64,000 bases of DNA from Pseudovirgaria hyperparasitica. Lineage: Eukaryota. The stretch's first letter is position 1; every line of letters starts with the position of its first letter. The translations under genes were made by a program, and so were the position numbers. This document shows positions 13,023 to 26,741 of the stretch, piece by piece. Location of the stretch: assembly GCA_010093815.1 (NCBI GenBank), contig ML996597.1; one strand, 5' to 3'. Under the pieces are notes generated by a model. It made no database searches and was not told the origin of the DNA. It saw only the letters and a list, made by a program, of their open reading frames with translations.

Positions 13023-14692
13023 TTAGTACACAGTCAACGTGCATATAGCATCGTTCTCCATGACTTCAAAGATCAATCCTGGAAAACCGTAGAGCGTCGT
13101 TCGCCCAACTCCAGACCCCTCAGAACCTTCCATGTCTGATATTGAGGTCTCATTCATCACCCTTCTTCGACTGCTCGAGACCCCTTCTTCAAACCCGCCT
13201 AGTAACTCACAGCTGCTTCCAGGACTATCGCCCCAGCCTCGATTGATGGCCATCCCCCGTTGCATCAGCGCTTCCTCCTCGGGGTCAACGTAGAAACTTT
13301 TGAAGACTTGTTGCAGACGGTTCGAGGTATTTGAGAAGCTTAGCTCGGAGGTCAGGGGCTCCTCCCCTTTCTTCAAAGGTATGTGATCTATCGTCCATCG
13401 GCTGCGACGATGTCTATTGAACTGGTACGATCCGGGTATGTTGCCATGAAATATAATTTTCGTAGCAGTGAGTTGAGCAGCAGGTGGAGGTTCTTCATCA
13501 GAGCTTGTCATATCCCAACCACGATCTCTCCCATCTTGAGGTGACGGTGGGGGCTTATGTACGGCTTCAGATATCAGTATGTCGAACCCGTGTGAGTAGT
13601 AGTTATAGAAATGCTCGGAAGATGCTTCGCCGCTGTCAGGCCCCAGAGTTTCCGGGTCATCCTCCCAATCTGAAGAGTCATCATCTTCAGATTGCAGTGC
13701 AGACGAGTCAGCAGATACAGATAGTTGGCCGTGTCGCCCTGACAGGCCTGTGGATCTGTCTGATGCTTGACTATTTGTTCGTTCTTTGTGAATCGATAGT
13801 CTCCTATCACTCTTCCAGTGAATAGCATCGGGAGATCCCAGGTCCATAATGAGGTCCTGTGGGGTAGTCTCTCCAAGGATAATCTCGACAGGATGCCCTG
13901 ACCGTCGCAGTAGATCCACTCTGCCAGGACCACGTACTTTAGCCAGCTCTATTTCTTCTGAACCCTCATCCTTAGTCTTCCCGCCGATCACATGCAATCG
14001 AGGCGGAGCCGGTGCTGTGAATAGTGTCTGCCTTGTTGATGGCCAGTCCTCGCCATTGAATAGAACCATAGAAGTTGCCGGTGATGCTGCCGACGACGAC
14101 AGCAGCGGAATAAACTCTTTGTTTGGCGAGTAGGCCGAATCTCTGACTGGAAATGAGAACGCGATCCCGGGGTATGAAAGTACGTATTCTCCAGAAGCAT
14201 GCGGCTCTTCAGACCTTGCTGGCGGTGTATACTCCCCGCCAAAGGTCGGTCCTAAAAGCTTGTCGTAGACATGTCGAAAAGTTGGACCTTTTGAGGGCAA
14301 TAGGGCGGTCGAGTTGAGAGAAGAAGTATCGGTAATCTTCACGATCTCAACATCCTTGTACACAAGTCTAGTCTTCCAGAAGTCGTACACCTCTATCAGT
14401 CGCAGCCTTTGTTCCTTCCCATCAAACCTCAGGCGCATGCCATTCTTGGGTAGATTTATGGTGATGGGTTCGGCGATAGGGTTGTGGTGATCGAAGTAGA
14501 TCTCGAAAGAAGGAAAGTTCGGAGGCGACGCCTTTATATGAGCAAGAATCTCATGGATAGTCGAGCCAAGTGCTATTTGGTCTTTAGTACGATATATCAT
14601 ATGTTATACACTCTAGAGGAGTAGCTACCGAAAGGACCGATGTAACGGTTTGGGACCACATGCATCGTGGTCGGACTCTTCGACGCCTCCAT
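13023..14692 (-). CDS. UPF0183 / PHAF1 (C16orf70)-family protein
   Basis: LGSTIHEIL, GMRLRFDGKEQRLRLIEV, PTFRHVY, LSYPGIAFSF, FYNYYSHGFDIL, HGNIPGSYQF and C-terminal GFPGLIFEV. Short first exon from 14692, intron at ~14628-14574. Confidence 0.8.
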
Positions 14693-15060
14693 CACATATC
14701 AACTGGTAGGAGCTGTGTCGTTGTTTTAGGTTTGAGGTTTACGGCGCGGCAAGGGTTGTACGAAGCATTTAGATAGAATGAAAGCGGATAGTCACTGCCA
14801 AGTTGACGAGAGCGGTGTTTGACATGAAACATAATGAAGTCGCATTGTCTCAGCCGGCAATGCGGTCACCTGGTGTGAATGCTGATGGAGCTCAAAGCTC
14901 GAAACGCGGCGTCAAGAGCGGGAGGGGCAAGCGGACTCTCGGACTTAAGCGGCACCTCTCCATATGATGGAGCCTGCTCCCTAGCGACCAACAAGCTCAT
15001 ACCCAAATCGGGGTCGGGCCTGAGACCGGGACGTGCTAGTAGCTAATAAGGGTTTGTTAT

Positions 15061-15082
15061 GTAAACACCCCAGTCTGTTTAC
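15061..15082. promoter_or_regulatory. Inverted pair of Forkhead-type GTAAACA sites upstream of kinesin-5
   Basis: GTAAACA (15061-15067), an 8-bp spacer, then TGTTTAC (15076-15082), about 115 bp before the kinesin ATG. Confidence 0.4.
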
Positions 15083-15195
15083 TACTCAGTCCTTGTCATC
15101 TACATATTGTTAATCCTAAGTTAGACCACTACCACCACCACTACCACCTCCTCCTCCTCCACCGTGCTTCCATTTGCTTCGGCCCATAAAGCATA

Positions 15196-18100
15196 ATGGT
15201 TGCACCACCGCGACCAGGCATGCCTGGAAAGAAATACAGTTCTATGCGCCCTCCCAGTTTCCGTCCTACCAACTCGCGCTCTCAATCCAGCACACCCGCT
15301 CCCACAGGTCGCGCATCTCCCGCAGATTCAATCGCCTCGACAGGTGCGTCTCGAACGCGATCGCCAGCAATAGCTGGAACAAAGCGTAAAGAGAGGGAGT
15401 TTGAAAATGATGCGGCGATCGAGACCAATATCAATGTGGTCGTGCGCTGTCGCGGACGCAGCGATCGAGAAGTCAAGGAAAACAGTGGTGTTGTTGTCTC
15501 CGCAAATGGCATCAAGGGGAACAGTCTGGTACTATCAATGGGGCCCAGCGCTCTCAGCAACAAGACCTACCACTTTGACAAGGTCTTCTCGCATGCAGCC
15601 GATCAATGTACGATATATGACGAAGTAGTGGCGCCTATATTGGACGAAGTAAGCTCGTATAGACTCTCAATGATGCCTGATTGATGATTAATAATCTGTG
15701 TCAGGTTTTAGAAGGCTTCAATTGTACAATTTTCGCGTATGGACAGACTGGTACAGGCAAAACATACACCATGTCCGGAGACATCTCAACCATCCTGCCG
15801 CTTCCCGACTCTGCTGGTATCATTCCTCGTGTTCTATACTCTCTGTTCGCGAAACTCGATGGGGGAGACCATGAGAACGCCGTCAAATGTTCGTTCATTG
15901 AACTGTACAACGAGGAACTCCGAGACCTTCTTTCGGTAGAAGAAGGTTCAAAGCTGAAGATATACGAAGACAACTCACGGAAAAGCCATCATGGGACCCT
16001 AGTTCAGGGCATGGAAGAGACGTACATCAAATCCGCTGCTGAGGGTATTCAGCGCCTACAGAGCGGAAGTCATAAGCGACAGGTGGCTGCAACCAAATGC
16101 AACGATCTGAGCTCAAGAAGTCACACTATATTCACCATCACGGTTCTCATCAAGCGGCCTTCGGATACAGGCGGAGAGGACTATCTTTGTACCGGTAAAC
16201 TAAATCTGGTTGATCTTGCAGGCAGCGAGAATATACAACGCAGTGGCGCTGAGAACAAGCGTGCTACGGAAGCTGGTCTCATCAACAAGAGTCTCCTAAC
16301 GCTCGGCCGTGTGATTAACGCGTTGGTCGAGAAGGGCTCGCATATACCTTACCGTGAGTCGAAGTTGACCCGTCTCTTGCAAGATTCTCTTGGAGGTCGT
16401 ACGAAGACCTGCATCATCGCAACACTTTCACCCGCCAAAAGCAATTTAGAAGAAACAATATCTACTCTCGACTATGCCTTTAGAGCTAAGAACATCCGAA
16501 ACAAGCCTCAGCATAACCAAACTATATCAAAATGGACAATGCTAAAAGATTACACTTCGGAGATTGAGAAGCTGAAGAGCGAATTAATAGCAGCGCGGCA
16601 GAGGAATGGAGTATATCTCACTCCTGAATCATACGAGGCACTCACTACGGAAAACGAGTCTCGAAGATTATTAAGCGAGGAACAAAGAGACAAGATCGAA
16701 ACTGTGGAATCACATTTGCGGAACAAAGTCCAGGAGCTCTTCTCTCTGATAACTAACTTTAATACCCTAAAAAGAGATAATGATGCGACCCGGTTGCACC
16801 TCGAAGAAACAAAGGGGATTCTAGAAAAGACTGATATCGTTCTGGCCCACACTCGTCAAAGTTTGGCGGAGGAGAACCTGCTCCGGAAAGCACATCAAAA
16901 GACTGAGGAGGAACTAGCGAACATTGGACAAAATATGATTTCAACGCTTGGGAAGACAACGTCAGATCTCGGTGGCCTGCACGCAAAGCTAAGACGACGA
17001 TCTGCTCTACAGTCTCAGAATCGCGACAACTGGACTTCAACACAAGCTCGAGTCGGAGATAAGACCAGGATGGTTGAAGAAAGATTGAGCGAGTTTCAGT
17101 CGCAGCAAGAAATTTTACTCTCCGATCTCTCGACAAGAATGCAGGGGTTTGTCGAACAGGAACTGCAAAAACTCGAATCCTCGAAAGCTTTCATGCAGGA
17201 GAAAATGCTTCGCTTTCAGGCTTCCGAGAAAGAGGTCAACGAGCAGACTGCGAAGTCAAAGGACGAACTCAACGGGGTTTTGCAAGAGATCAAATTGCTT
17301 CGTGAAGACGTCAAGCAGAAAGTTGGAGCAGGCTTGAATGATCTATCTGCTGCGGCACAGCGTATATCCGCTGGTATCTCAGAAGAATTGAAGGAGTTCC
17401 AAGCCCAGCTTCACATATCTTATTCGAGCATGGGGAAGGAATTCAAAAACTCTTACCAAGACCTAATCGAACGCCTTGATGATCAGCAGGCTATTTCGGA
17501 TCAGCTCCAGCAACAGATCGTGAAAGCTGATCAAACTCTTGTCGAGTCGAGTAAATCAGCTCAACAGCAACTTAGTGTGGTAGTCGAAGAGGAGCGTATC
17601 AAGGCTGTGGAAGAGCGTCAGCTCTTGATGTCACAAATTGCGAGTCTGGTCAATACCTCTGCTGAAGCACAGGAGGCAAGGATTTCTAACAAGTTATCCG
17701 TCGTCCAAGAGAGCATGAGGTCAGCAAATGGTCGTTACGGTACCGAGCACGACGCTTGGAATTCAGGAATGGACATGTGGAAAGACAAGTCAAAAGAGAT
17801 TGTGTTCGACATAATCAAGTCGCGTGACAATATCAAGGCAAAAGTTGTTGCTGACTATGCAGTAAGTGCTTTTATCACATATGCTCACTTTCACAGCTGA
17901 CTCCTCACAGGCTGCAAATACCCATACAGCATCATTGCAATCAACGACGACATCTGTGCACGACTCAACGGTACAAATTGTTGATACTCAGATGGCACAC
18001 ATGGACACACAGTTGCAATCCCTCGACGATATAGTCGTGCGCATTCGCGAGCAGAACGACTCGCATAACAATACACATTCCTTGTCCCTCGCCGCACTAG

Positions 18101-18852
18101 GAGATACTGTCCAGTCCTCCTACGCCAGCATCGAAGACCACCTGGCCTCGACCTTCTCAAGAGTCCAAGAGCTTGATGGTGACGTGACGGCTCGAATGTC
18201 GGCTATTCGTCATACATTCCCTCTTCTGTCAGCGGATGGTGACATACGGGCAACACTACATGGTCTGCGCGAGGAAATTGAGACCCAAACGCTGGTGGAA
18301 TATGCGCCCACAGGCGAAACTCCCCAGCGCATCCAGTACAGCTATCCGTCCACACTTCCGCGCACGGAAGGCCACGACAACCTCCTTGCTCGACTCCGCG
18401 GTCCGCCTGTCTCCGATTCGCCCTTGTCCGAGCCTGCTCGCAGTCCTACGAAGACTAGAGTCTTCGCAGATGCTCCGTCGTCCTCCCCAACAGAGTCGCG
18501 TCCGCCTACTTCAGGTGGTATCTTACCAGCTTCGACAAATGGCTTACGGGAGATTGATGCCAATGTCGTCAAGGCCCAAGAGAGCCATTTTGGCGTGTCA
18601 GTGTCTTCTCTCGAAGCTGCTGCCATGCCACCTCTCAAGCGCCAGAATACTAACACGTCTGGCTTAGATAAAAGTATCGGTGTGGAGAGCAAGCTGCCTT
18701 CGGTGGGCAAGCGGAAGAACACAAGAATGACTGTCGCTAGTGTGGGCATGGGAGACAGGGAAAACCAGATACCGCTCGTGGAGAATTTGAGTGCGAGCGT
18801 GGGGCCAAGGCCTGGGTCAGGGCGGAGGCTGAGGAGTAGAGACAATGTTTAA
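15196..18852 (+). CDS. bimC: Kinesin-5 (BimC/Cut7/Kip1 family) mitotic motor
   Basis: NINVVVRCR, P-loop GQTGTGKT, SSRSH, LVDLAGSEN, HIPYRESKLTRLLQ, long coiled coil and BimC box PTGETP. Introns 15649-15704 and 17862-17910. Confidence 0.95.
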
Positions 18853-19528
18853 CGTGTGTCGAGTCAGTACGAGGCGTCGGTGGCGTTGAAGGTTGATACC
18901 TCTCGTTGTCCTGGGCTCAGGCGTTTCGGCGGCAGTCGGTTTGGCTTGAAAGACCCAGCTGGAGGCGTCCGGTGTGATCTGGGGTTTCTGTACAGTCATG
19001 ACTAGAGTGTATAGTTGATGTTCTGTTTACGTGTAGCGTTCCGAATACGACGAGGACTATTTTTGTCCACTGTCTTGATCAATCTCGGCACGGAGAAGAA
19101 GTGACTGCGCCCGACTGTACATCCGATGCAGGTGGCAATTCGTGAATAATTACAATTGCGACGGCTTGAGTCTGGCATAGCTCTGAACGCCTTGTTGTGT
19201 GTGTTTTCAGTGTCCATTTATAGCCATCTGTCACACACAACCTTGTACCAAAGACGAAGTCCAAGTTGACTGACTGCTGAGTAAGTGCGATGTATCACAA
19301 CTTGGATAAGCTCGAGAATCAGACCTGCCAAGGTCGGTAAGTTAGGTGCATCCAGCCGAAGCACCACCTTAGGTGTTATTTGCCCCTGGCTAAGCCTATT
19401 AGACTGCTACAACAACAATGGAAGCAATCACAAGTTACATAATTCAGGGTCCTCTATGATTTGGTTGTTTTGGATTGGAATAAATACCAAGTATATGGGC
19501 TATGGCGCCGTGACTCGCCCCCCCCCCC

Positions 19529-21195
19529 CTAGTTTTTGTCTAACCTTACTGCTTCATTGTTCTCGATAAAGTTCAAGTCAACTTTATGCCCCAGCAGCTC
19601 CCGAATATTGTTCACGCCATACTTAATCATTGTCGGCCGCTCCAAACTAAGACCGAATCCGTACACTCGCATGTCCTTTGGCAGGCCCATGGGCTCTAGC
19701 ATCTCAGGTCGGAACATACCGCTATTGCCGATCTCTACCCACTTGGCAAGGCCAATATGATATCCGAAAATCTCCATGCTAGGCTCAGTGTAAGGGTTAT
19801 ACGCGGGCTTGAAGCGAAGATTCTCGATGCCGAGTTTCGAGTAAAAGTCCTCTAGGAAGCGCATCAAGCCACCAAGCGTCAGGCCAAAGTCTGCAATTAC
19901 GCCTTCTATTTGGTGGAATTCAGCGAGATGGGTAGCATCGACAGTTTCGTTGCGGAAGACTCGGTCTATTGAGAAATAGCGAGCAGGCCGGGGATTTTCT
20001 GCAAGACGATGCAATGCCCATGTCGATGATGCGGTTGTGTGCGTACGGAGGACCAATTTCAAGCATTCGTCTTCCGACCAATCATACCGATATCCTATTG
20101 AGCCGAACTTTCCTTCCTGGTGTACGGCCTTTATGTCGTTGAAGTATTGATTGTAATCGCGTGGCTTTATTGTCGATTGCTCTTTTGTCGCATATAGCTT
20201 CCGTGCACCTGCTTCCATTTCATTCATTGCCTTCTCAGCAGATGGATCTTCACGCGGTCGGTCGGCTTTGGGAGGGTCTGAGATGAAGAAGGTATCTTGC
20301 ATGTCGCGGGCGGGATGTTGTTGAGGCACGAAGAGGGCGTCAAAATTCCAGAAACCCGACTCCACGAATCTGTGATATTTATTAGGCGTTTTCTTCCAAG
20401 ATAAATAGATTGCACCACTGCTAACTTATCTGTAGGCATTTCTACGAAGCCCTGGTTGAAGAAGAGATTCCGGAACTCAGTTCGGACCTTGTTTAGGGGA
20501 TGAAGCGCGCCGGCATTCTGTGAAGCTCCTTGGGCGTTAAAATTGTATGGTTTGAAGTTGGCGGTCTCCCATGCACCACTAGCCAGCATATCGGCCGTCA
20601 AGTCTGTTACTTCGACGGGAATTTCCTTCGCATACTTGGGGCCCTTATTTACAGTATACGTTATGATCTTGACAATGCTGACTAGCTTGCGCTTCTGAAG
20701 CTCTTTCAGCTCTTTTGGATCTTCCACAGTCTTTGTCTCCTGTATCTTTGCTAGCTTCTGCTGGGCTATATCCTGTACGGTGTCGGCGACTGGTACGAGG
20801 TTGTTACCGTCCTTTTTGACCCATCTCGCTTTGAAAGCATTGCCTTGTCCTACTTTCGCAGTGAGATCCCCTACTATACTTGGCAGTTGCTTTATCTCAA
20901 TTTGTCCTTGTTTCTTGACAGCGTCCCAGACTTTGTACTCGTGACTCCCTTCTCTTGCAATCATAGTACCCTCTTCGGTGAGTATGACTTGCTCGGTGTC
21001 GTTGGTCTCATATTTTATCATATACCGAGAACTCAAGCGATCCAGGGTGGCTTTTATTTCTGGTTGCGAGACATCGGGAAAGGCTTCATCTGTCTTCAGG
21101 GAGGGGTTTTGGTCGAGCTGCTCGAGAACTTCAAGGGCCAGATCGCGGGTGCCGCTATTCGATGCCACCGGTACGGGGCCACGAGTACCTGGCAT
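19529..21195 (-). CDS. FRS2: Cytosolic phenylalanyl-tRNA synthetase alpha subunit
   Basis: [37 protein letters not shown]...[22 protein letters not shown] and GLSLERPTM. One intron at ~20425-20371. Confidence 0.95.
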
Positions 21196-21291
21196 AATCG
21201 TGATTGCGCCCGATTGCGATACTGGAGGAATCAGATGCTGTGCGCCGAGACTGAATCGAGGAAGAATAAGTCGGAGTCAAGGTGTGAACTA

Positions 21292-21632
21292 TGAGTCGAT
21301 GCGGGGATCTTTGGTGCAGCCACAGTGTGGCGTCAAAATCTGCTGCCTTGGTGCCTTGCTTTGCAAGCTTAAAAGACCCATATCATATTCAACTTCCTGG
21401 CCACCTCAGGTTTTCTGACTCAGGCACAACGATATATCGTCACTTGACCACGGTGAAGGCGGAAATACTCAGCCGCAGCGTTCAACATCGGGTGACTGAC
21501 TCGCTCGTCATTCCTCTTGACTCATGGCATCGAGAATGTGTACATCCCTTCTCCAGCAACACCTGGTCATTCGCCAGGAAGTCAAACTTTAGATGTCCTT
21601 TTAGAGCCATCGGCCCGTGTATCCATCTGAGT
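21292..21632. promoter_or_regulatory. Cluster of Gcn4/CpcA-type TGA(C/G)TC(A) elements upstream of FRS2
   Basis: TGAGTC at 21292, TGACTCA at 21416, TGACTC at 21497, TTGACTCAT at 21517 and TGAGTC at ~21627. Confidence 0.5.
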
Positions 21633-22945
21633 CTTATAGAGGTCAAATCGCGTGCCAGCCCCGCACGACTCGCGGGGTCCTGATCAAGGCTAACAGGCAT
21701 GACTTTTGTTATCTATTACTTCTATGCCCCGAGTGCTACAGTTCACTCCAAAACGTGTTTCCCGCAAGGATTTCGACGCGGGTCATGAAATTGACATGCT
21801 CGAGCGTGGAGCAGACGAGGACGAATACAATTCGAATACGCACGAGGTCGATCTGCGCCAATACTGCACTAGGAAAATCAGACTCCTCGCAGATTGCCAA
21901 GACGGTAGGTTTTCATCGAATTGGATAGGTTGCTTGTGTTAGATTGAGTTCTGTGTATACATCTAACTGTTACTGAAACGACATCAACACATGTAGAAAC
22001 ACCCGGATATATCGACCGTCTACCGGGTATCCCCACTTGTGATCTCAAAGGCGCCACACGAGGCCTGCAGGGTTCATACGAGCAGTTTCATTCGAATTGT
22101 TAGGCTGACTAGCTATACATACAATCTTCAAGATACCCTGGTGCGGCGGTGGGCCCTCAGATCGCACAAGATTGCGTTTGCCCTGGGCTGTTCTGGAGAG
22201 TCCTTTGGCCCGCATCGCTCCACACCACTTCGGCTTCAAGTAGCTGTGCCGCAACGCCTATCGCGACCTTTTAAGATCTACCAAAAATACTAATGTCATG
22301 CATACGCAAGCCCCTCAGTGGCCCAGACGTGGATCGTTAACATGGATCAGTCCAAAGCCTTACAGGGCGTATGTTGCGGACATTTCTTATTGACCACGTT
22401 TCGTTTGCGCATAGCGCGCGCAGATACACTGCTCCCGACTTAGTGGTACCAGCAGCCACTATCACTGGAGGCTTGGACCTACACGACTCCGATGGCTGTC
22501 ACGGCCGTGAATGGTCACGGTTTGCCTTGAGACTGGCATGGAGTTATACGCTCTAGAGATCAGGAGAACGACCCAGCCATCCAGTCGTGCCACCCAATCG
22601 GAACGACAGATCCTTCTGTAAGTGATGGACCGCACACTATAGACAATACCTACGGCTGTATGCCCATTGGCTCTGGGGCAAGGAATCACACGTATAGTCG
22701 GATCGTGGCTTGGTCTATTTCAGGGTGATCACATCATAAGAATATGTGGGTAGGGCTGTATCCCGAAGTATGATGATGGTCCAGACTATCTTTACTGTGT
22801 TGGACGCCTCGTGTCCGATACTTGATAATTAATAGGCTGCCTCCTCAGTACATTCCTTTTATACTCTGTGTCTCTTTTCTGAATCCACTTCCCATCTTCT
22901 TTCTCATAATTGTCTTAATCGGAATCTCGTCCACTGTCAGAAAGG

Positions 22946-24517
22946 ATGCTTGGTTTACTGGCTGGGATATTTGTCCTGGCTCGCATACTCTATGCCATAT
23001 TCTACAAAAGCTATATATGGGAGACGAAATCTTCAGGTGGGGAGAAATATGAGCAGATAACTGCTGTTCATCCTCGTCATCCGTTGTTATTAGGTTTCGA
23101 CTTCGCTCTATCAAACCTTCGAGCAAATCAAAGAAATGCCTATCTCGAACACGCTCAGACCGCTTTCCGAATTCTGGGGAATACCTGGACCACAAGATCC
23201 CTGGGAACATCGATGATTGAGTCGATCGAACCCGAGAATTTAAAAGCAGTATTTCATGCAGACTTTCCCACGTGGCAGCAGGGCAATTTCCGGATCAAAA
23301 CATTCAGACCTCTGCTCGGATATGGGATTCTCTCTGCGAATGGTCGAGCCTGGGAGCACTCACGAGCGTTGATCAAATCCGCTTTCAAGAGCTATACAGC
23401 GGATTCCACTATCTACGAAAAGCATATTCAAAATCTAGTCGCTAGTCTACCAAGATCATCTGCAGAGGTCGTAGACCTGCAACCGTACTTCCTAAGGCTT
23501 ACCATGGACATCTCAACGGACGTTTTGTTCGGAACCTCAGTGTTCAGTCTCCTGCCGGGGTCTGCGGACTTTGCTGATGCTTACGAGATTGTGAAAGATA
23601 ACATCTTCAAAGACATGCAGGTATATCCACTCGGCTGGCTTCGAGACCACCGGGAAGCCAGGGCAGCGACTAAGGTTGTCCACGATTTCGTTGACGGATT
23701 CATAGAGAAGGCCCTGGCTTCTGCGGACGCTATCAACGAAGAAGAGGACCAAGGCCGTCGCTACAAATTTCTCAGGCAAATGGCGACAGAGCTCGAAGAC
23801 AGGACTAAGCTGCGAATGGAGCTCCTCAGCCTCCTCCTCGCCGGTCGCGATACCACAGCAGCTCTCGTATCCAACATGCTCTACATTCTTGCACAACGCG
23901 AGGATATCAGGCGAAAAGTCCAGGCCGAGGTGGCTTCGCTTTCCGGTCGCTTCCCGCGTATTGATGACCTGAAGCGCCTGCAATACCTCAATTGCACGGT
24001 CAAAGAATGTTCGTCCCCCTGCTGAACCACTGCCCTACACCCCTTGTCGCATCAATATCAGGTCACAAGACTAACAGCCACAACAGCCCTCCGCCTTCAT
24101 CCTGTGACGCCTATCAACTCCCGCACCGCCGCCACCGACACAACTCTGCCTACTGGCGGCGGTGTGTCCGGCACATCCCCAGTCTTTGTGCCCGCAGGCA
24201 CACAGTTTGTGACCAGCGTACACGCCCTGCACCGGCGTGAAGACCTCTGGGGGCCCGATGCCGCGGCTTTCAAGCCGGAGCGGTGGGCAAACAATACGCC
24301 TGCCCCCTGGCACTATATGCCGTTTCTGGGCGGCCCAAGACAGTGTCCTGGACAGGGGCTCGCACTGAATATTACTCTATTTACGGTAGCGAGGCTACTG
24401 CAAATATACGAGGACATATTGCCTGCCCGTAGCGAGCCGTGGCAGGGCGCTATTGCGGTGACTTGCTGGAATGCGAATGGAGCCAAAGTGAGACTTGTGC
24501 CTAAAGATAGGACGTAG
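22946..24517 (+). CDS. Cytochrome P450, CYP52-like (alkane/fatty-acid hydroxylase clan)
   Basis: N-terminal TM anchor, EPENLKA, AGRDTTA (I-helix), ESLR across intron 24009-24086, PERW and heme motif FLGGPRQCPG. Confidence 0.9.
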
Positions 24518-24926
24518 GAGGCAGAGATGTCACGCGCATATGTCATGGTTTTGTTTGCCTTTTCTGGAAAATGTGGGTATACTGGGTGTTGGTTGTTGGG
24601 TAGGACAAACCCCTGTCAACAGATGTCGGTGAGTCTGACAGTGCTCGTGGCAGGGTTGCAGACATGGTACCCGAGCCCTCCTTTTATCTGTTGCTGTGGT
24701 GCTGGACACAATTTTTGCTTATGTCTGTATCACTTTTGATTTCTTGCTTTTGTAACAAGTGACGCGCAATCGACGTATACATATACAATATTGATCAGAC
24801 TCGATTAATCCAAATGAACACCGTTCAACGCCAGGCTTGATTTAATTTAAAACACTCGGAGATGCCGACGCTGCCAAAGAAGCATTATTGATAAGCTCGT
24901 GGCAATGTCAGACAACCAATGGCTTA

Positions 24927-26402
24927 TCATTTTTTGATATCGCCGAAGAACACGACTTGCACCGTCACATCGTCTCTAACATATCTGCTGATCGGGCTGT
25001 ATGTGCCGATCACGCCGCAGAACAGTGCCCTTCTACTACCTCCAAATGCGTTCTTGACTAGATGCGTGGCTGCGTTGCTGTCTTCAACCACAAAATGTTC
25101 AGGTGTTGCTCTCCAAGTAATGAACCTCGAGTCTTCATCTTCTCTTTCGAATGCTGGCCTTCTCTCGAATTTTGATCTTGGTAGTTTAGTTGGACCTGAT
25201 GGGTCAATTTTCCCTTGCTTGACCGCTGCCGCCCATCGAGAGACACATTCTACTGCATCTTCAGAAGTAATGTGATCCCATAGGCCATCTGAAGCAAGAA
25301 TAATAAAGTCGCCGTTGCCAACTGTTGTCGAGGTAACTTCTGGCTCTGCAGTAAAATAAGGCGGGGTCTTGTTCTTCTCGATACTTTTTTGAGCCCAGAA
25401 CTGTTCAAATGAGGTAGTCTGCTCAGCGTTTGTCCACTTGCCTCGCGAGTCTCCAAATGCACGAGACAATGCCCAGCCGAGTAAGCGACCATTTTTCGGA
25501 TTGATCATTTCCGGCTCGTTTGGGTGAAGTTCAGTGAGACGTTTAATTTCGTCAGGATTGAAACCATTCTGATCCACGGACAAGGGCTCGCATGTATGTA
25601 CAGTACTGTTAGGTTTGCTACGTCCAAGTACTGCGCGAGAGTCTCCAGTGCATGCGGTATGGAGTGTAGATGTGCTAGGCTCGTATGCAGAAAAGATGGC
25701 ACACGAGCCAGCAATCGCAGGGGCAAGAGCGGATATTGATTCAGAGAACGTGGCAGACGTATTAGGAGCTATAGCACGTCGAGCGTATGCAAATATGTCA
25801 TCGTCGAGATGTGTGAACGCCTGCTTGATAGCCGATACAGTCTTCGACAGAGGGGACGACTCTGGAAGGGCGTTCAGATGTGTCGATACATAGGGGATTA
25901 AGGACTCTCGAAGGACAGCAGACGTCGCCCAACCACTTCGGGGAACAACGTTAGCTATGCACACATAGAGATTGAAGATGTATTCGAGTTCTTACGCATG
26001 TCCGTCATATACACCCCAGTAGTACCAAGGATCCTTGCCAATTCCTCGTGCTGGGCCATGTGACAAGTTGTCTTCTACTGGGCTGTTGCTGGCAAGTCTG
26101 ACAGTATAAAAAGAGCCACCGGTCCCTATCGCAAAGGTGGATTGGTTTTCCTCTGCAGAGAGCTTCGCCGTGGCCTCCTTCAGGTCGAGTGCGGGTACGA
26201 CCGCTGGAATCGGAGCTGGTGCGAGTATAGAGGGATTGCTGCTCTTTGTGTAGATATAAGCAAGGGCACCTGCTGATATACCTCCTATTATGATAGACCC
26301 TAGGCCTATTTCTGCGTGTACAGGTTGAAGATGCTGAGGTCTAGGTGGGTATTTGAAACGTAGATTTCGACGGAGGGCGCGAGCGACAGGTCTATTGAAC
26401 AT
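24927..26402 (-). CDS. PP2C/PPM-family phosphatase, mitochondrial PDP/Ptc5-like
   Basis: Arg-rich presequence-like N-terminus, SNSPVED, VYDGHA|GW, GDSRAVLG, SRAFGD, ASDGLWD and RDDVTV. One intron at ~25996-25937. Confidence 0.85.
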
Positions 26403-26564
26403 GACGATTGATATGCCTTTTGGAAGCGTGGAGGCTGTCTCAGTATCGGGTTTATACTCCGTGAGACTTTTTGCGATCTTGGATGGGTTGGAAGATTGAA
26501 AGACGCCACTGAGGTGATATCGTCAGTCTGGCCTACTGAAGTCGCGACGTCAACGCCGGAGTCA

Positions 26565-26589
26565 GGGTCCGAGGGTCCGAGGGTCCGGG
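26565..26589. repeat. Tandem repeat (GGGTCCGA)x3
   Basis: gggtccgagggtccgagggtccggg seen directly. Confidence 0.7.
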
Positions 26590-26741
26590 CGCGACAGTTT
26601 GTACCTGCATGACTCGCGTATGTAGACGTGCATATTGTTTCGAATTGTTTGTAAATTGTTTGTACATGCTACAAATCTATGAATCCGGGTATATCATAAT
26701 CACGCCCCCAATAACTCCAGACATGCAGAATATCGAGCCTG

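Noticed and set aside
21525..22300. Possible small multi-exon gene (ORF 21706-21942, MPRVLQFTPK..., with intron-like GTAGGT...CTAAC...TAG)
   Set aside because: No recognisable motif, and I could not build a consistent spliced frame. It may be a decayed or orphan gene.
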